This document shows positions 19,395-28,370 of a stretch of 64,000 nt of DNA, piece after piece. The notes beneath the pieces were generated by a model, which was given only the letters and a program-made list of their open reading frames with translations, had not been told where the DNA came from and ran no database searches. The translations under genes were made by a program, and so were the position numbers. The number at the start of each line of letters is the position of its first letter. Position 1 is the stretch's first letter. Origin of the DNA: Candidatus Obscuribacterales bacterium. GTDB lineage: Bacteria > Cyanobacteriota > Vampirovibrionia > Obscuribacterales > Obscuribacteraceae. The DNA lies in NCBI GenBank assembly GCA_965228855.1, contig CBDDIJ010000005.1:1280001-1344000 (forward strand). Reading direction: 5' to 3'.

Positions 19395-19952
19395 TTAGCG
19401 CTTTGCTTTCGCGTCAGCTTCCGATTCACTACGAACTTTCAAGTCGATATCCACACCCTGTGTGTCACCGATTCTTGCAAGTTCTTTCTTCAGTTCTTCA
19501 ACACTTAGCGATGGTGGCACCAGTATGGTGGCATTCATGCAGAACAGTGGCGAAGCGGAGACGGGAGCACTTATGACTTCGGTGTGAACCGACTGGATGT
19601 TGATCTCCTTGTCGCGAAGTTGCGATGAAAGGGAATGCACGATACCTTCATGGTCAGCACCGCGTAGGAAGATTTCGCATGATGCGTAGCTCTTGTACTT
19701 GTCGATATCGATCGGCTTTGTAGTCCTGGTAGTGACGTGAATGCCATCCTTTTCCAGCGCACGAAATTCATTTTGCAAAGCATTCATATCGATTGCCCCG
19801 GTTACGAGCATGACAGCAGCAAACTCGCCGCCAAGAATTGCCATGCGGCTCTCTTCAAGATTCGCGCCATGGCTGACAAGAACTTCGGTAAGTCTGGCGA
19901 CGATGCCCGGGCGATCTTCACCCACCGCCGTGACCAGCAAATGATTGGTCAT
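19395..19952 (-). CDS. tandem ACT-domain protein, glycine cleavage system regulator GcvR-like
   Basis: Motifs GEDRPGIV, NLEESRMAILGGEF and GADHEGIV. Confidence 0.85.
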   Translation of the reverse strand: MTNHLLVTAVGEDRPGIVARLTEVLVSHGANLEESRMAILGGEFAAVMLVTGAIDMNALQNEFRALEKDGIHVTTRTTKPIDIDKYKSYASCEIFLRGADHEGIVHSLSSQLRDKEINIQSVHTEVISAPVSASPLFCMNATILVPPSLSVEELKKELARIGDTQGVDIDLKVRSESEADAKAKR

Positions 19953-20033
19953 CTTCCTATGCCTCAGAAAGTATTGGATGCAGGCAGTTTAGCAGGCGTT
20001 AAGCTAGTCTTCAACCGCTTCTGACAACGCTCA

Positions 20034-20456
20034 CTACTTCTTGTGGTGTGGTCCGGTTTTATTAGGATCGACCATAAAGTGCGAGCTTCGCATCATCGCC
20101 GCAGTTTCGCCTGTGCAAGTTTTAACAATGGTATCAACTACGGTGATTCTCCCTCGTTTAACAACTGTCGCTTCCGCGACAATCGGACCGACCGGGTCGT
20201 TCGTCAACAAATTCACACTCAACTGAATCGAGTAAGGAAATTTCTTGTCGCCCATATCGCAGGTGTCAAGCCGCCCTCCAACGATAGCGGCTGATGCGGC
20301 TTCGTCAGCGAGCGCGACGATAGCACCGGCGTGGTACACGCGCGTTGGTTGCATCACTTTCTCGCTCAAAGGCAACTGTGCCTTCGCGTATCCATCGCGA
20401 ATTTCCAACATCTCACCGCCGAGTTCGCGGATCATTTCGTGGGTGTACACCGGCAT
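20034..20456 (-). CDS. PaaI family hotdog thioesterase
   Basis: Motif QPTRVYHAGAIVALADEA. The ATG at 20456 has a GAGGA RBS. Confidence 0.85.
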   Translation of the reverse strand: MPVYTHEMIRELGGEMLEIRDGYAKAQLPLSEKVMQPTRVYHAGAIVALADEAASAAIVGGRLDTCDMGDKKFPYSIQLSVNLLTNDPVGPIVAEATVVKRGRITVVDTIVKTCTGETAAMMRSSHFMVDPNKTGPHHKK

Positions 20457-20622
20457 TTGTGTTTCCTCTGAGCCTGGGGCGCAAACCGAGATCTTATCAG
20501 TCCTCACCGGGTAAACCCTGAACGATTTTCAGTTATTCAATACTCAACTTAATGTTCGGCGGCGCGTAATTTGGAAAGTGTCGCCGGCAGATTTCATGCC
20601 AGGCCCGCAGTTCGGAGGCGTT

Positions 20623-21273
20623 ATGGACAAGTATCGAGAACAGGTCAACAGCATCCAGATTGCGACGCCTTGCAGCGCCGACTGGGACGAGATGGTAGGA
20701 GACGACCGCAAACGCTTCTGCCAGGACTGCAAACTGAACGTCTACAATGTCGCGGAACTGACGCCCAGAGAAGTAAGCGAGTTGCTCGGCGCCGCGAATG
20801 GCGGTCGAGTCTGCATGCAAATCTATCGAAGACGCGACGGCACGGTCATCACACGAGACTGTCCGGTCGCGGTTCAACGAGTCAAAAAAGCGTTCAAGCG
20901 CTCGATCGCTGCTGTGGCGAGTCTGGCTGCGACGCTCGGTCTGGCTCTACCCAGCTCGGCGCAAACCCCGCCTGCCGGAGCTACCAAAGGAGAATCAGTC
21001 GCATACCCGTTGAGAGGACAAATTGTCAGCCCGTCCATGGGCGAGGTTCGATCATCGCCGAGAACTTCTTTGGAGCCGGAAAATCGCCTGAGAAGTTGTT
21101 TCTTCGGAGGACCGCTCATCGACGGCGATCAACTCGCGGGCTTCGCCGCCGCCGGTCTGGGACTTTCCGCTTTCCTCCTTTTCCTGAGAAAACGTCCGGC
21201 GATGTGGATTATCGGAATCTCGATGGGCGGGTTGTTTGCGGCACTGGGCTATCTGTGGAGCACACATATGTAG
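20623..21273 (+). CDS. membrane protein with conserved Cys-rich N-terminal domain
   Basis: Pattern IATPCSADWDEMVGD..RFCQDCKLNVYN..C..RRRDG..TRDCP, then hydrophobic segments. GGAGG RBS. Confidence 0.75.
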   Translation: MDKYREQVNSIQIATPCSADWDEMVGDDRKRFCQDCKLNVYNVAELTPREVSELLGAANGGRVCMQIYRRRDGTVITRDCPVAVQRVKKAFKRSIAAVASLAATLGLALPSSAQTPPAGATKGESVAYPLRGQIVSPSMGEVRSSPRTSLEPENRLRSCFFGGPLIDGDQLAGFAAAGLGLSAFLLFLRKRPAMWIIGISMGGLFAALGYLWSTHM

Positions 21274-21335
21274 TGCACGCCGTGATTGGGTATAAACAAT
21301 AAACCCCACCCATAAAATAGACGGCTGCACGCTGC

Positions 21336-24300
21336 ATGACCGACAACAGTAAGCAGGACGAAACCGATCCTAAAGTCTCGGAAGGCGCTTCCGAAGCCGA
21401 TCTCGACAACGAAGATCGCGTCAAGGTAATGTGCTCGATTATCCTTGACAGGCTAAAAAAGCAGGATGTGGTGTGGGTGCGCATAGCCGATCCGCAGATG
21501 CGCAGGGCTGACGATTTACAGATCGCAACGAGAAACAGAATCGATGCCTATCTGCTGAAATGGAGCGAATGGGCCGACAAACTCACAGTGGAAGATCTCA
21601 CCGCTGAAGGTGCAGAAGACGGCGCTTTCATGAAACGCCTGGCGGACGGTTGGAAACGATTGAAGCAGGAGTATCGCCTTCCGGTCTTCGTTCATCTGAT
21701 TACCAACGACCAGCCCTCCGCAAAAAAAATTGCAGGTGCCGACCGGAACGACTGCCATCTGGCGAAATTCCTGGCATCCGAATGGAAGAGAAACAAACAA
21801 GACGACCCGGTCTGGGCGGACCTGTGGGCTGCGCTCCGCAAAGCCAGCGGCTTGACTGAACAAGAATTCGAAGAGTTCGCCGGCCAATGTCGTTTTGACT
21901 GCTCTTACGCAAAACCTGAAATCGACGAAGACCTGGATGGTCACCAGCCTTATTACTGGGTTGAACACATCTATGACGTTCTCTTCGAGCATGAAGATTA
22001 CGCTCTGCCAATCGAGTTGAATCACGCAGAACTGCTTCAAATTCTGGGCTGGCGCGGAGAACACTCCGAGGTAATGAAACCAAGAACAGTCGCGCTGGAA
22101 GCGACCAGCGGCTCCGCTTCTGAAGATTCTCGGAGCAATTCCTCAGGCACCGAATCTGAGCAGGCAGACACCGCGCAAGAGCTGGACGAGCAGCCGGTTG
22201 AAACGGTTTTAAACGAATCAACAGAAACGGATGGACATTCGTCCGATGCAGGGAAAACTGATGAAATGCCCGATTTCGATAGCAACGAGGGCGAACCCAA
22301 CAGTGTAGCCGTGCAGAGCGCAATTCGCCGAGTTTCAAAACCAACGGCATCCTCATTCACCTCTATGCGAAATACAGCCGCTTCAGGCTGGCTGGAAGCG
22401 GCTGATGACTCCGGAAGTGAAGTCGCGAGCTGGTTGAAAACAGGAGCGGAGACGGGACCTCTTCCCGTGCTGACGAAAGACTTACAGCTAAGAGACGCCG
22501 GGCCAGAGCCGATAGAACTTGAAGAGCGAAAGACGCCATCATCATTCGTCGGAAATAAACAGGGCAAAGAGAAGAAAGACTGGCGAGCTCTTGCTGAGGG
22601 AGAAAGACATCAGGTAGGCAGCACGAGACGATTCAGCGACAATTCTGGTGAGCGTGTCGACGATGTTGAGAAACAGCGCACCACAGGCAAACTGCGGCAG
22701 ATTTTCGGCTCTAGGGTGGCGGAACCAGCTGCGGATCTGGCTGAGGAATTCGAGTCAGAGCAACTTGAACCGCCTATCATTTCCGAGGCTGAAGAAACCA
22801 ACGATCAGGATTCGACCCAGGATATCGACCCCAATGCGCTTCAACGCAGCAACAGGCGGATAGAGCGCGCACAGTCCGCGAACGGCGAAGGCACCGTATT
22901 TAGTGACGAAACTTTCGCGCCAGTCGACGCGCAGGCTGACCCGGACGAGGCTGAAACAGCCGCAGACGACGAGCGGGTCGACTCGACCGAGACGGGATCG
23001 GAGGAGACTGCTGCTGAACACAGTTTAAACTCAGCCCTGGACGAATCAAGCGATAGCTCCGATGCCTTTGCAAAAGTTTCCAGACTCGGTCGCATGCAGG
23101 AAGGACACTCGTTCAGCGATGAAGCCGCTGCTCGTGATGCGTTCGACTGGTATCTCAGCAATGCAAATGATATGTTCGAGGCTAACCGATTTGAAGATGC
23201 AGCCCTCGAATACAATCGAGCTTTAGAGCTCCTGAGCAGTCTTCCCGGTCCCAACTACGACCACGAGTTTTTAATTCTCCAGAATCTCGGCGACATTTAC
23301 ATGTTTCTCGATCAGCCGGAACATGCTGTGGAATTGTATGAGCGCACTAAACAGCAGCATTTCAACGCGAAGATTCCCGCGGCGAAATACATCGCAGCAC
23401 TAATAAAACTTGGCACATTGCACGAAGACAACAACTGCTTCGGAGATGCAGAAAAGGAGTATCGCAAAGCAATTGAAATTGCAGCCGAATTTCTGCCGCA
23501 AGACGACCCGATTCTGGTCAGACTAAATGATGCATGCTTGAATCTGGCGCGAAACCGCTCCACGCTTATGTCTCGGTTTAGCTCAAAAGAAGTCGAGCGG
23601 ATTCGAGAGATGGCAAAACAGGAAGTAGATGTAGCGATAATGTATCGCAAGAAAAAGGCTACGGAGACTGACACGGAAAAACTGGATATCTGGCGCGGGG
23701 GCCAACCAGAGTCGGAAGAGGAGCCTGTGGAGCCGCCGTCGCCGAAGAGACTATGGATTGCAGCATCTGTGGGCGTGGTGATTATGTTCATTTTCGCCTA
23801 CGCGATGTTCGTGCCTCATAGTGGCACCCTCGGTGCCTTTGGACCGGACGGCAGCAACGTAGCTGGGACTTATAGCAGCACAGATAACCAGAAGACAATT
23901 GAACTCAGTCCGGGTGGCAGCGCCAGCTATTTTCACAATGGCACGACGGAAAACGCATCTTACAGCTTCGTTGGAAATTCAATTCAAGATTTGCTACCGC
24001 TGATTCCAGGGCACTTACGCTCCGCCTTTACATTCTTCCGAGCAGCGGATGATGCTATTGTCGACAATGACGGTACGTTTTTCTATACACATGAAGCACC
24101 AGAAACGGTTCTTGTAAAACGCATGTGGAAATATGCTGAACTCGCACAAGAGTATCGAGCAGCGAAAAGCTTTTATCCTGAGTCGGACGATGTCTGGGCA
24201 ATCTCAAAAGACAAACTTACTTTCACCAATCCCATTACAAGAAGTCTTGATCAAGCCATCATATTTAGTACCACCGGGGAGTCGACCGATACTCCGCTCC

Positions 24301-24815
24301 GCAAGTCAATGGCTGCTGGAGAGATGTGGGACAATCAACCCAAAGGCGGGCCCGGTCGTATCATCTGCAATGTTTATAATGGCAGAATGTTCTTCATACG
24401 CGGTTTCGACCGCAATGGCAAATTGTTGACCAGTGCTGACAAGGGCAAATATTTTTACATTGAGTGCTCCGACGGAATAGATGTCACCAAAGACAAATTG
24501 AAGGAGCTGCACAATAAGGAACTGCTCGGTACGAATTCTCCGGAGGTTAATCCGGTAGCGCCGGCTCCGCCCCCAAAATCCGACAAGAAACTTCGTTTCA
24601 TCTTCGCTTCTTCACCCGATTCAGAAGCTATGTTGCAGACGCTGCTGAGCGCCGTACCCGGTACACTTTTTGCTCTCGTTCTCATTTCTGGAGCCATATG
24701 GCGGTACAGGGTTAACAAGAAAATCGCCGGTCCACTCAGCCTGACAATCTTCATTGTGACTATCGCGCTTCTGCTCGCCTGGTACGTCGTCGGAATCCTG
24801 GACATTTCGCATTAA
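21336..24815 (+). CDS. multidomain membrane protein: nuclease-like N-terminal domain, acidic linker, TPR repeats, TM, extracytoplasmic domain, two C-terminal TMs
   Basis: 1159 aa. Contains RIADP..RADDLQI..IDAYLLKWS, TPR segments (ILQNLGDIY..AVELYE; ALIKLGTLH..AEKEYRKAI) and TM helix LWIAASVGVVIMFIFAYAMFV. Confidence 0.75.
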   Translation: MTDNSKQDETDPKVSEGASEADLDNEDRVKVMCSIILDRLKKQDVVWVRIADPQMRRADDLQIATRNRIDAYLLKWSEWADKLTVEDLTAEGAEDGAFMKRLADGWKRLKQEYRLPVFVHLITNDQPSAKKIAGADRNDCHLAKFLASEWKRNKQDDPVWADLWAALRKASGLTEQEFEEFAGQCRFDCSYAKPEIDEDLDGHQPYYWVEHIYDVLFEHEDYALPIELNHAELLQILGWRGEHSEVMKPRTVALEATSGSASEDSRSNSSGTESEQADTAQELDEQPVETVLNESTETDGHSSDAGKTDEMPDFDSNEGEPNSVAVQSAIRRVSKPTASSFTSMRNTAASGWLEAADDSGSEVASWLKTGAETGPLPVLTKDLQLRDAGPEPIELEERKTPSSFVGNKQGKEKKDWRALAEGERHQVGSTRRFSDNSGERVDDVEKQRTTGKLRQIFGSRVAEPAADLAEEFESEQLEPPIISEAEETNDQDSTQDIDPNALQRSNRRIERAQSANGEGTVFSDETFAPVDAQADPDEAETAADDERVDSTETGSEETAAEHSLNSALDESSDSSDAFAKVSRLGRMQEGHSFSDEAAARDAFDWYLSNANDMFEANRFEDAALEYNRALELLSSLPGPNYDHEFLILQNLGDIYMFLDQPEHAVELYERTKQQHFNAKIPAAKYIAALIKLGTLHEDNNCFGDAEKEYRKAIEIAAEFLPQDDPILVRLNDACLNLARNRSTLMSRFSSKEVERIREMAKQEVDVAIMYRKKKATETDTEKLDIWRGGQPESEEEPVEPPSPKRLWIAASVGVVIMFIFAYAMFVPHSGTLGAFGPDGSNVAGTYSSTDNQKTIELSPGGSASYFHNGTTENASYSFVGNSIQDLLPLIPGHLRSAFTFFRAADDAIVDNDGTFFYTHEAPETVLVKRMWKYAELAQEYRAAKSFYPESDDVWAISKDKLTFTNPITRSLDQAIIFSTTGESTDTPLRKSMAAGEMWDNQPKGGPGRIICNVYNGRMFFIRGFDRNGKLLTSADKGKYFYIECSDGIDVTKDKLKELHNKELLGTNSPEVNPVAPAPPPKSDKKLRFIFASSPDSEAMLQTLLSAVPGTLFALVLISGAIWRYRVNKKIAGPLSLTIFIVTIALLLAWYVVGILDISH

Positions 24816-24902
24816 TAGATAAATTTAGCTGCTCTAATCTAAGTTGCGACGGAACGGGCTAGCATAGAGCCATTGCCTCGGGAACCAACGAAGGATTCGA
24901 GA

Positions 24903-25772
24903 ATGACGACAGGTTTATTGAAGCCAACGATTGCTATGGTGGCGATTGCAGCGACTTTACTGCAACAGGGCGCCGCATTTGCGTCCCCCTTAAAAGTCAT
25001 CAAAGGCACACCTGATGCGGGAATTCAGGCAAAGGTTAAAACAGAAACGCTAGGCTCGATCAAAATTCCTCAGGGAGCCGTCAAATTCAACGGTACGAAT
25101 GTCACAGTCGGAGCAGTGCCGGATTGGCTGTTCGACAGACACATCATCTTGACTGGCAAACTGATCGACCACAAAATTTCAACAGTCGAAGGACGTTCCT
25201 CAATTCAAGGTGTCATTTATTTCACCGGCGGAGACTGGCTCAGTTCCTTCCCCGATTCAAAACGTCCGGACAATTTGGAAATGGCTGATGGGACTGTTTT
25301 AGTTGGAAACGTTCGCGCGGTAAACGGTGACAACATCGATTTCCAGGTGCAGTCCGGGCAGACAAGGCGAGTTAAGGTTTCCGAAATTAGAAATGTTTTG
25401 TCGCCCCGCGCTATTGTCTTCAACATCCCGACCAGTGACGTGAAAGTGGATCCGACAAGCGGAGACCTGGATGGCGAAGCTGAAGGCGGTACCTTTAATC
25501 CCACTTACACATCGATGCGCCGCAAAATGTTCGGAAGAAGCGAGCCGAAACTTGTGGAGCCGAAGTCTACGCTGGCGGGCGCAGAGGGCGGCGTGACCAA
25601 AGGTCAGTTGACGACGATGATTATGCTCGATGTGGTGAACACGCTTGCACCAGCTATAGTGGCACCAATTGTTGCGCCTCTAGGCTCGCGAGGAGCCGTA
25701 AACAAACTACGTTCGGTAGGCGCGCAAGAGCAGCTTCAGGACGCGTCCGGTCTTTTCGTTGTCCCGAATTAG
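24903..25772 (+). CDS. exported hypothetical protein
   Basis: Signal peptide (..QGAAFA), beta-rich body and an AAGGA RBS. Confidence 0.7.
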   Translation: MTTGLLKPTIAMVAIAATLLQQGAAFASPLKVIKGTPDAGIQAKVKTETLGSIKIPQGAVKFNGTNVTVGAVPDWLFDRHIILTGKLIDHKISTVEGRSSIQGVIYFTGGDWLSSFPDSKRPDNLEMADGTVLVGNVRAVNGDNIDFQVQSGQTRRVKVSEIRNVLSPRAIVFNIPTSDVKVDPTSGDLDGEAEGGTFNPTYTSMRRKMFGRSEPKLVEPKSTLAGAEGGVTKGQLTTMIMLDVVNTLAPAIVAPIVAPLGSRGAVNKLRSVGAQEQLQDASGLFVVPN

Positions 25773-25822
25773 CAGCCTTTAGTCTCGACGATCGTTTCGA
25801 CCATCCGGAAGACGACGCGGAC

Positions 25823-28225
25823 TTAAGCGACACGAAGAATTCGCTGACGCACCAACTCCTCCGGACTCAGACTCGTGGTCGTGAATGTTGCCAACTGGTT
25901 CAGTTGGCTTAGACTCGTAGAATCTGAAATACCCATGCGCATTGCGTACGTTTGCGTTCGGTCCTCCCTGCTTGCATGCTGCAATGCGGTTTCAGCAATT
26001 GATTGGGAACTGAAAACCGGAATTTTAGCCATCATGTCGTTTCCGAGTTCGCTAATGGTACTACTTGCGATACCAAGCGCTTCGGCAGCGACAGACCTTG
26101 CGATACTGACAGCGTTGGGATTACCGCTTCGCGAGATTGAGAGAGATATTGAGCCAAGCGTATTTACCTCCTGGCTCGTCTGTTGAGCCGTTTCCATATT
26201 CTCTCTATGCTCAATCAAATTTTCGTTCGGTTCAGTGAAGAAGAAATCTTCGCCGCCATCCGCGCTTCCGCTGATAAATTCACCATCTCCGTCATACAAG
26301 CTACCTTCCGGATCGAGGTTCATTCCATTTTGTAGATCTGTTAAACCGCGGTCATCAAGGCTCCAATCATTGGTGTTAAATCCGGTATCAGGATTGAAGC
26401 CGAAGATTTGATTGTTGTCGCGATCGCTCAACTCGACCCTGTCACCATCCAGGTTCGCGACTTCACCGCTCTTGTCGTTTGTGACCTTGAGCGGCTGTTC
26501 CGGTTTCGCCGGCAATTCCGTGTGAGACAGAGGCTCGCCTGTTTGCTGATCGACTCGCGTGATAACGGCGTCCCCATCAGGCTTTACTTCAAGTTTTACG
26601 CCATCGACATCTGTTTTTCCGTCACCTTGAGCGCGCAGGCGAATGCGCTCGGCTAGCTCTTTCAGCCTGTTTGCTTCAGCGTCAGACGAAGGGTCATCGC
26701 TGTTTAATGCCGTGATCTTACCGTCCTTGCCAACAATACCAATTTGATCGTGTTCGTTGACGCGTAACTCTTGCCCTTTTAAAAACAGTCGAGAGCGCTT
26801 CTCATTGATGTCGGTAAGCGAATATTTGTCCTCTCCGTGGGTCTGCATGAGTAAACGCTGACGATCGTGACCGTCTCCGAAACGAAGTGCCGCAGTACCG
26901 TGAGGTCCAAGTTCTTTCCTGATAGTTTCTAAACGCTGATCCAACTGCTCCTGTGTCATCGCGCCCTTGAAGTCAGCAGCCGCGTCGACCGTCTGATTAC
27001 CACCGGCATCATAGTTGTAGTTGTAGAAAACACCATCCTGAATTTTCTGTTGCAGTTGGTCGCCTTTGAAGCGTTCGAGGTGATCGATCTTATATTGATC
27101 GCCGTCTTTGCTCAGGCGAACCTTTGCTGTAGAGCCATCACTCAACGCCAGATCGTAGTTGCCATCCTTATCCTGCTTAGCTACGACCTGGTCGCCCTTT
27201 TTAAGGAAGGTATCACCTTCGGGGGTTCTGAAAACAGCGACTTTCTCACCGCCAATTTCAGCCACACCGTCAGCTCTAGCATTCGGTGGCAACTCTAAGC
27301 CCTCTTTGGTCTGGATGTCGTAATCGAAATTGCCCATAGTATCTCGCGTCCGCTGTCTAAATTCCTGGCGCGACACATCATTGAGCTGAGCGATCTGACC
27401 AGCGGCCTGGGATGGAAGCTCGGGAGAGCCACCGCCTGCGGTACCACTCGAATCAAACGACCATTCACCTGCCGAGCCGTACATATCGAGTACGGAACTC
27501 AGACCATTTGAAATCGGCTGAGCCACATAGTCGTTAAACATGCTTGCCGCCCAGCTAGCCGTATCGCTGAGCATTTTGGAGATGCTGCCATCACTTGTAT
27601 CTTTCGTATCCGGCGTCGCGTCAGACGACGGTGCAGTAGTGTCGCCTATCAAAGCGTCAGAACTATCTGCCGCTGCCGGCGGTTTTGCTACCGAACTTTC
27701 GACTGACGATTGAGAAACTTCGGCTGCACGATTTCCATCGCCACCGCCACGAGCGAGGTCGGAACGCGCTTCATCGACAAATTGCGGTGAACCAAATATC
27801 GCCATTACACTGGCCGAAAGCTTGGCATTATTGAAAAGACTTCTGGCTTCAGGAGTTTTGAACTCACTGTCGACCTGATTGCGCAAATGGTCATTGGCTG
27901 CAGATGAATCGTCACTGGGATGATCTGCTTCCCGAGCCCCATCTGCATGTTCACTGCCGCCGCGGTGATGCGCTTGGGCAGCGCTGTCATTCTGTGCACT
28001 CGCCTTTGAATCGCTCTCAGATTGACTATCTCCGCTCCTAGCCTTCTTAGAATCTGAAGACTCCCTGGAACTATTCGAATCGCTCTTAGGCTTTTCCTCA
28101 CGCGAATCCTCTAATAGGCGATTGCTCGTCTCTTTAGTCGAGGACGACTTAGAAGCAGCGGCGTCATTCGGCGCTGCTTGCTCCTGCGGCTTAGTATTGT
28201 TTGCGGGGGGCGCTTGACCGGACAT
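25823..28225 (-). CDS. large hypothetical protein (800 aa) with low-complexity N-terminus
   Basis: Long ORF with a GGGAG RBS. Ser/Asp-rich N-terminus, beta-rich middle, helical C-terminus. No family recognised. Confidence 0.75.
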   Translation of the reverse strand: MSGQAPPANNTKPQEQAAPNDAAASKSSSTKETSNRLLEDSREEKPKSDSNSSRESSDSKKARSGDSQSESDSKASAQNDSAAQAHHRGGSEHADGAREADHPSDDSSAANDHLRNQVDSEFKTPEARSLFNNAKLSASVMAIFGSPQFVDEARSDLARGGGDGNRAAEVSQSSVESSVAKPPAAADSSDALIGDTTAPSSDATPDTKDTSDGSISKMLSDTASWAASMFNDYVAQPISNGLSSVLDMYGSAGEWSFDSSGTAGGGSPELPSQAAGQIAQLNDVSRQEFRQRTRDTMGNFDYDIQTKEGLELPPNARADGVAEIGGEKVAVFRTPEGDTFLKKGDQVVAKQDKDGNYDLALSDGSTAKVRLSKDGDQYKIDHLERFKGDQLQQKIQDGVFYNYNYDAGGNQTVDAAADFKGAMTQEQLDQRLETIRKELGPHGTAALRFGDGHDRQRLLMQTHGEDKYSLTDINEKRSRLFLKGQELRVNEHDQIGIVGKDGKITALNSDDPSSDAEANRLKELAERIRLRAQGDGKTDVDGVKLEVKPDGDAVITRVDQQTGEPLSHTELPAKPEQPLKVTNDKSGEVANLDGDRVELSDRDNNQIFGFNPDTGFNTNDWSLDDRGLTDLQNGMNLDPEGSLYDGDGEFISGSADGGEDFFFTEPNENLIEHRENMETAQQTSQEVNTLGSISLSISRSGNPNAVSIARSVAAEALGIASSTISELGNDMMAKIPVFSSQSIAETALQHASREDRTQTYAMRMGISDSTSLSQLNQLATFTTTSLSPEELVRQRILRVA

Positions 28226-28370
28226 GCGAAACTCCCAGGTTCACGGAACCTGTTGAAAGATAAGATCGCGCGGGTTAGTAAGGTAGGGAAGATAAGGACA
28301 GTTTATTTCCCCTACATCACCGCAGCGTGACATATGTCTTTTGAACGAGTTTGCTGTCTGTATCAGCCGA

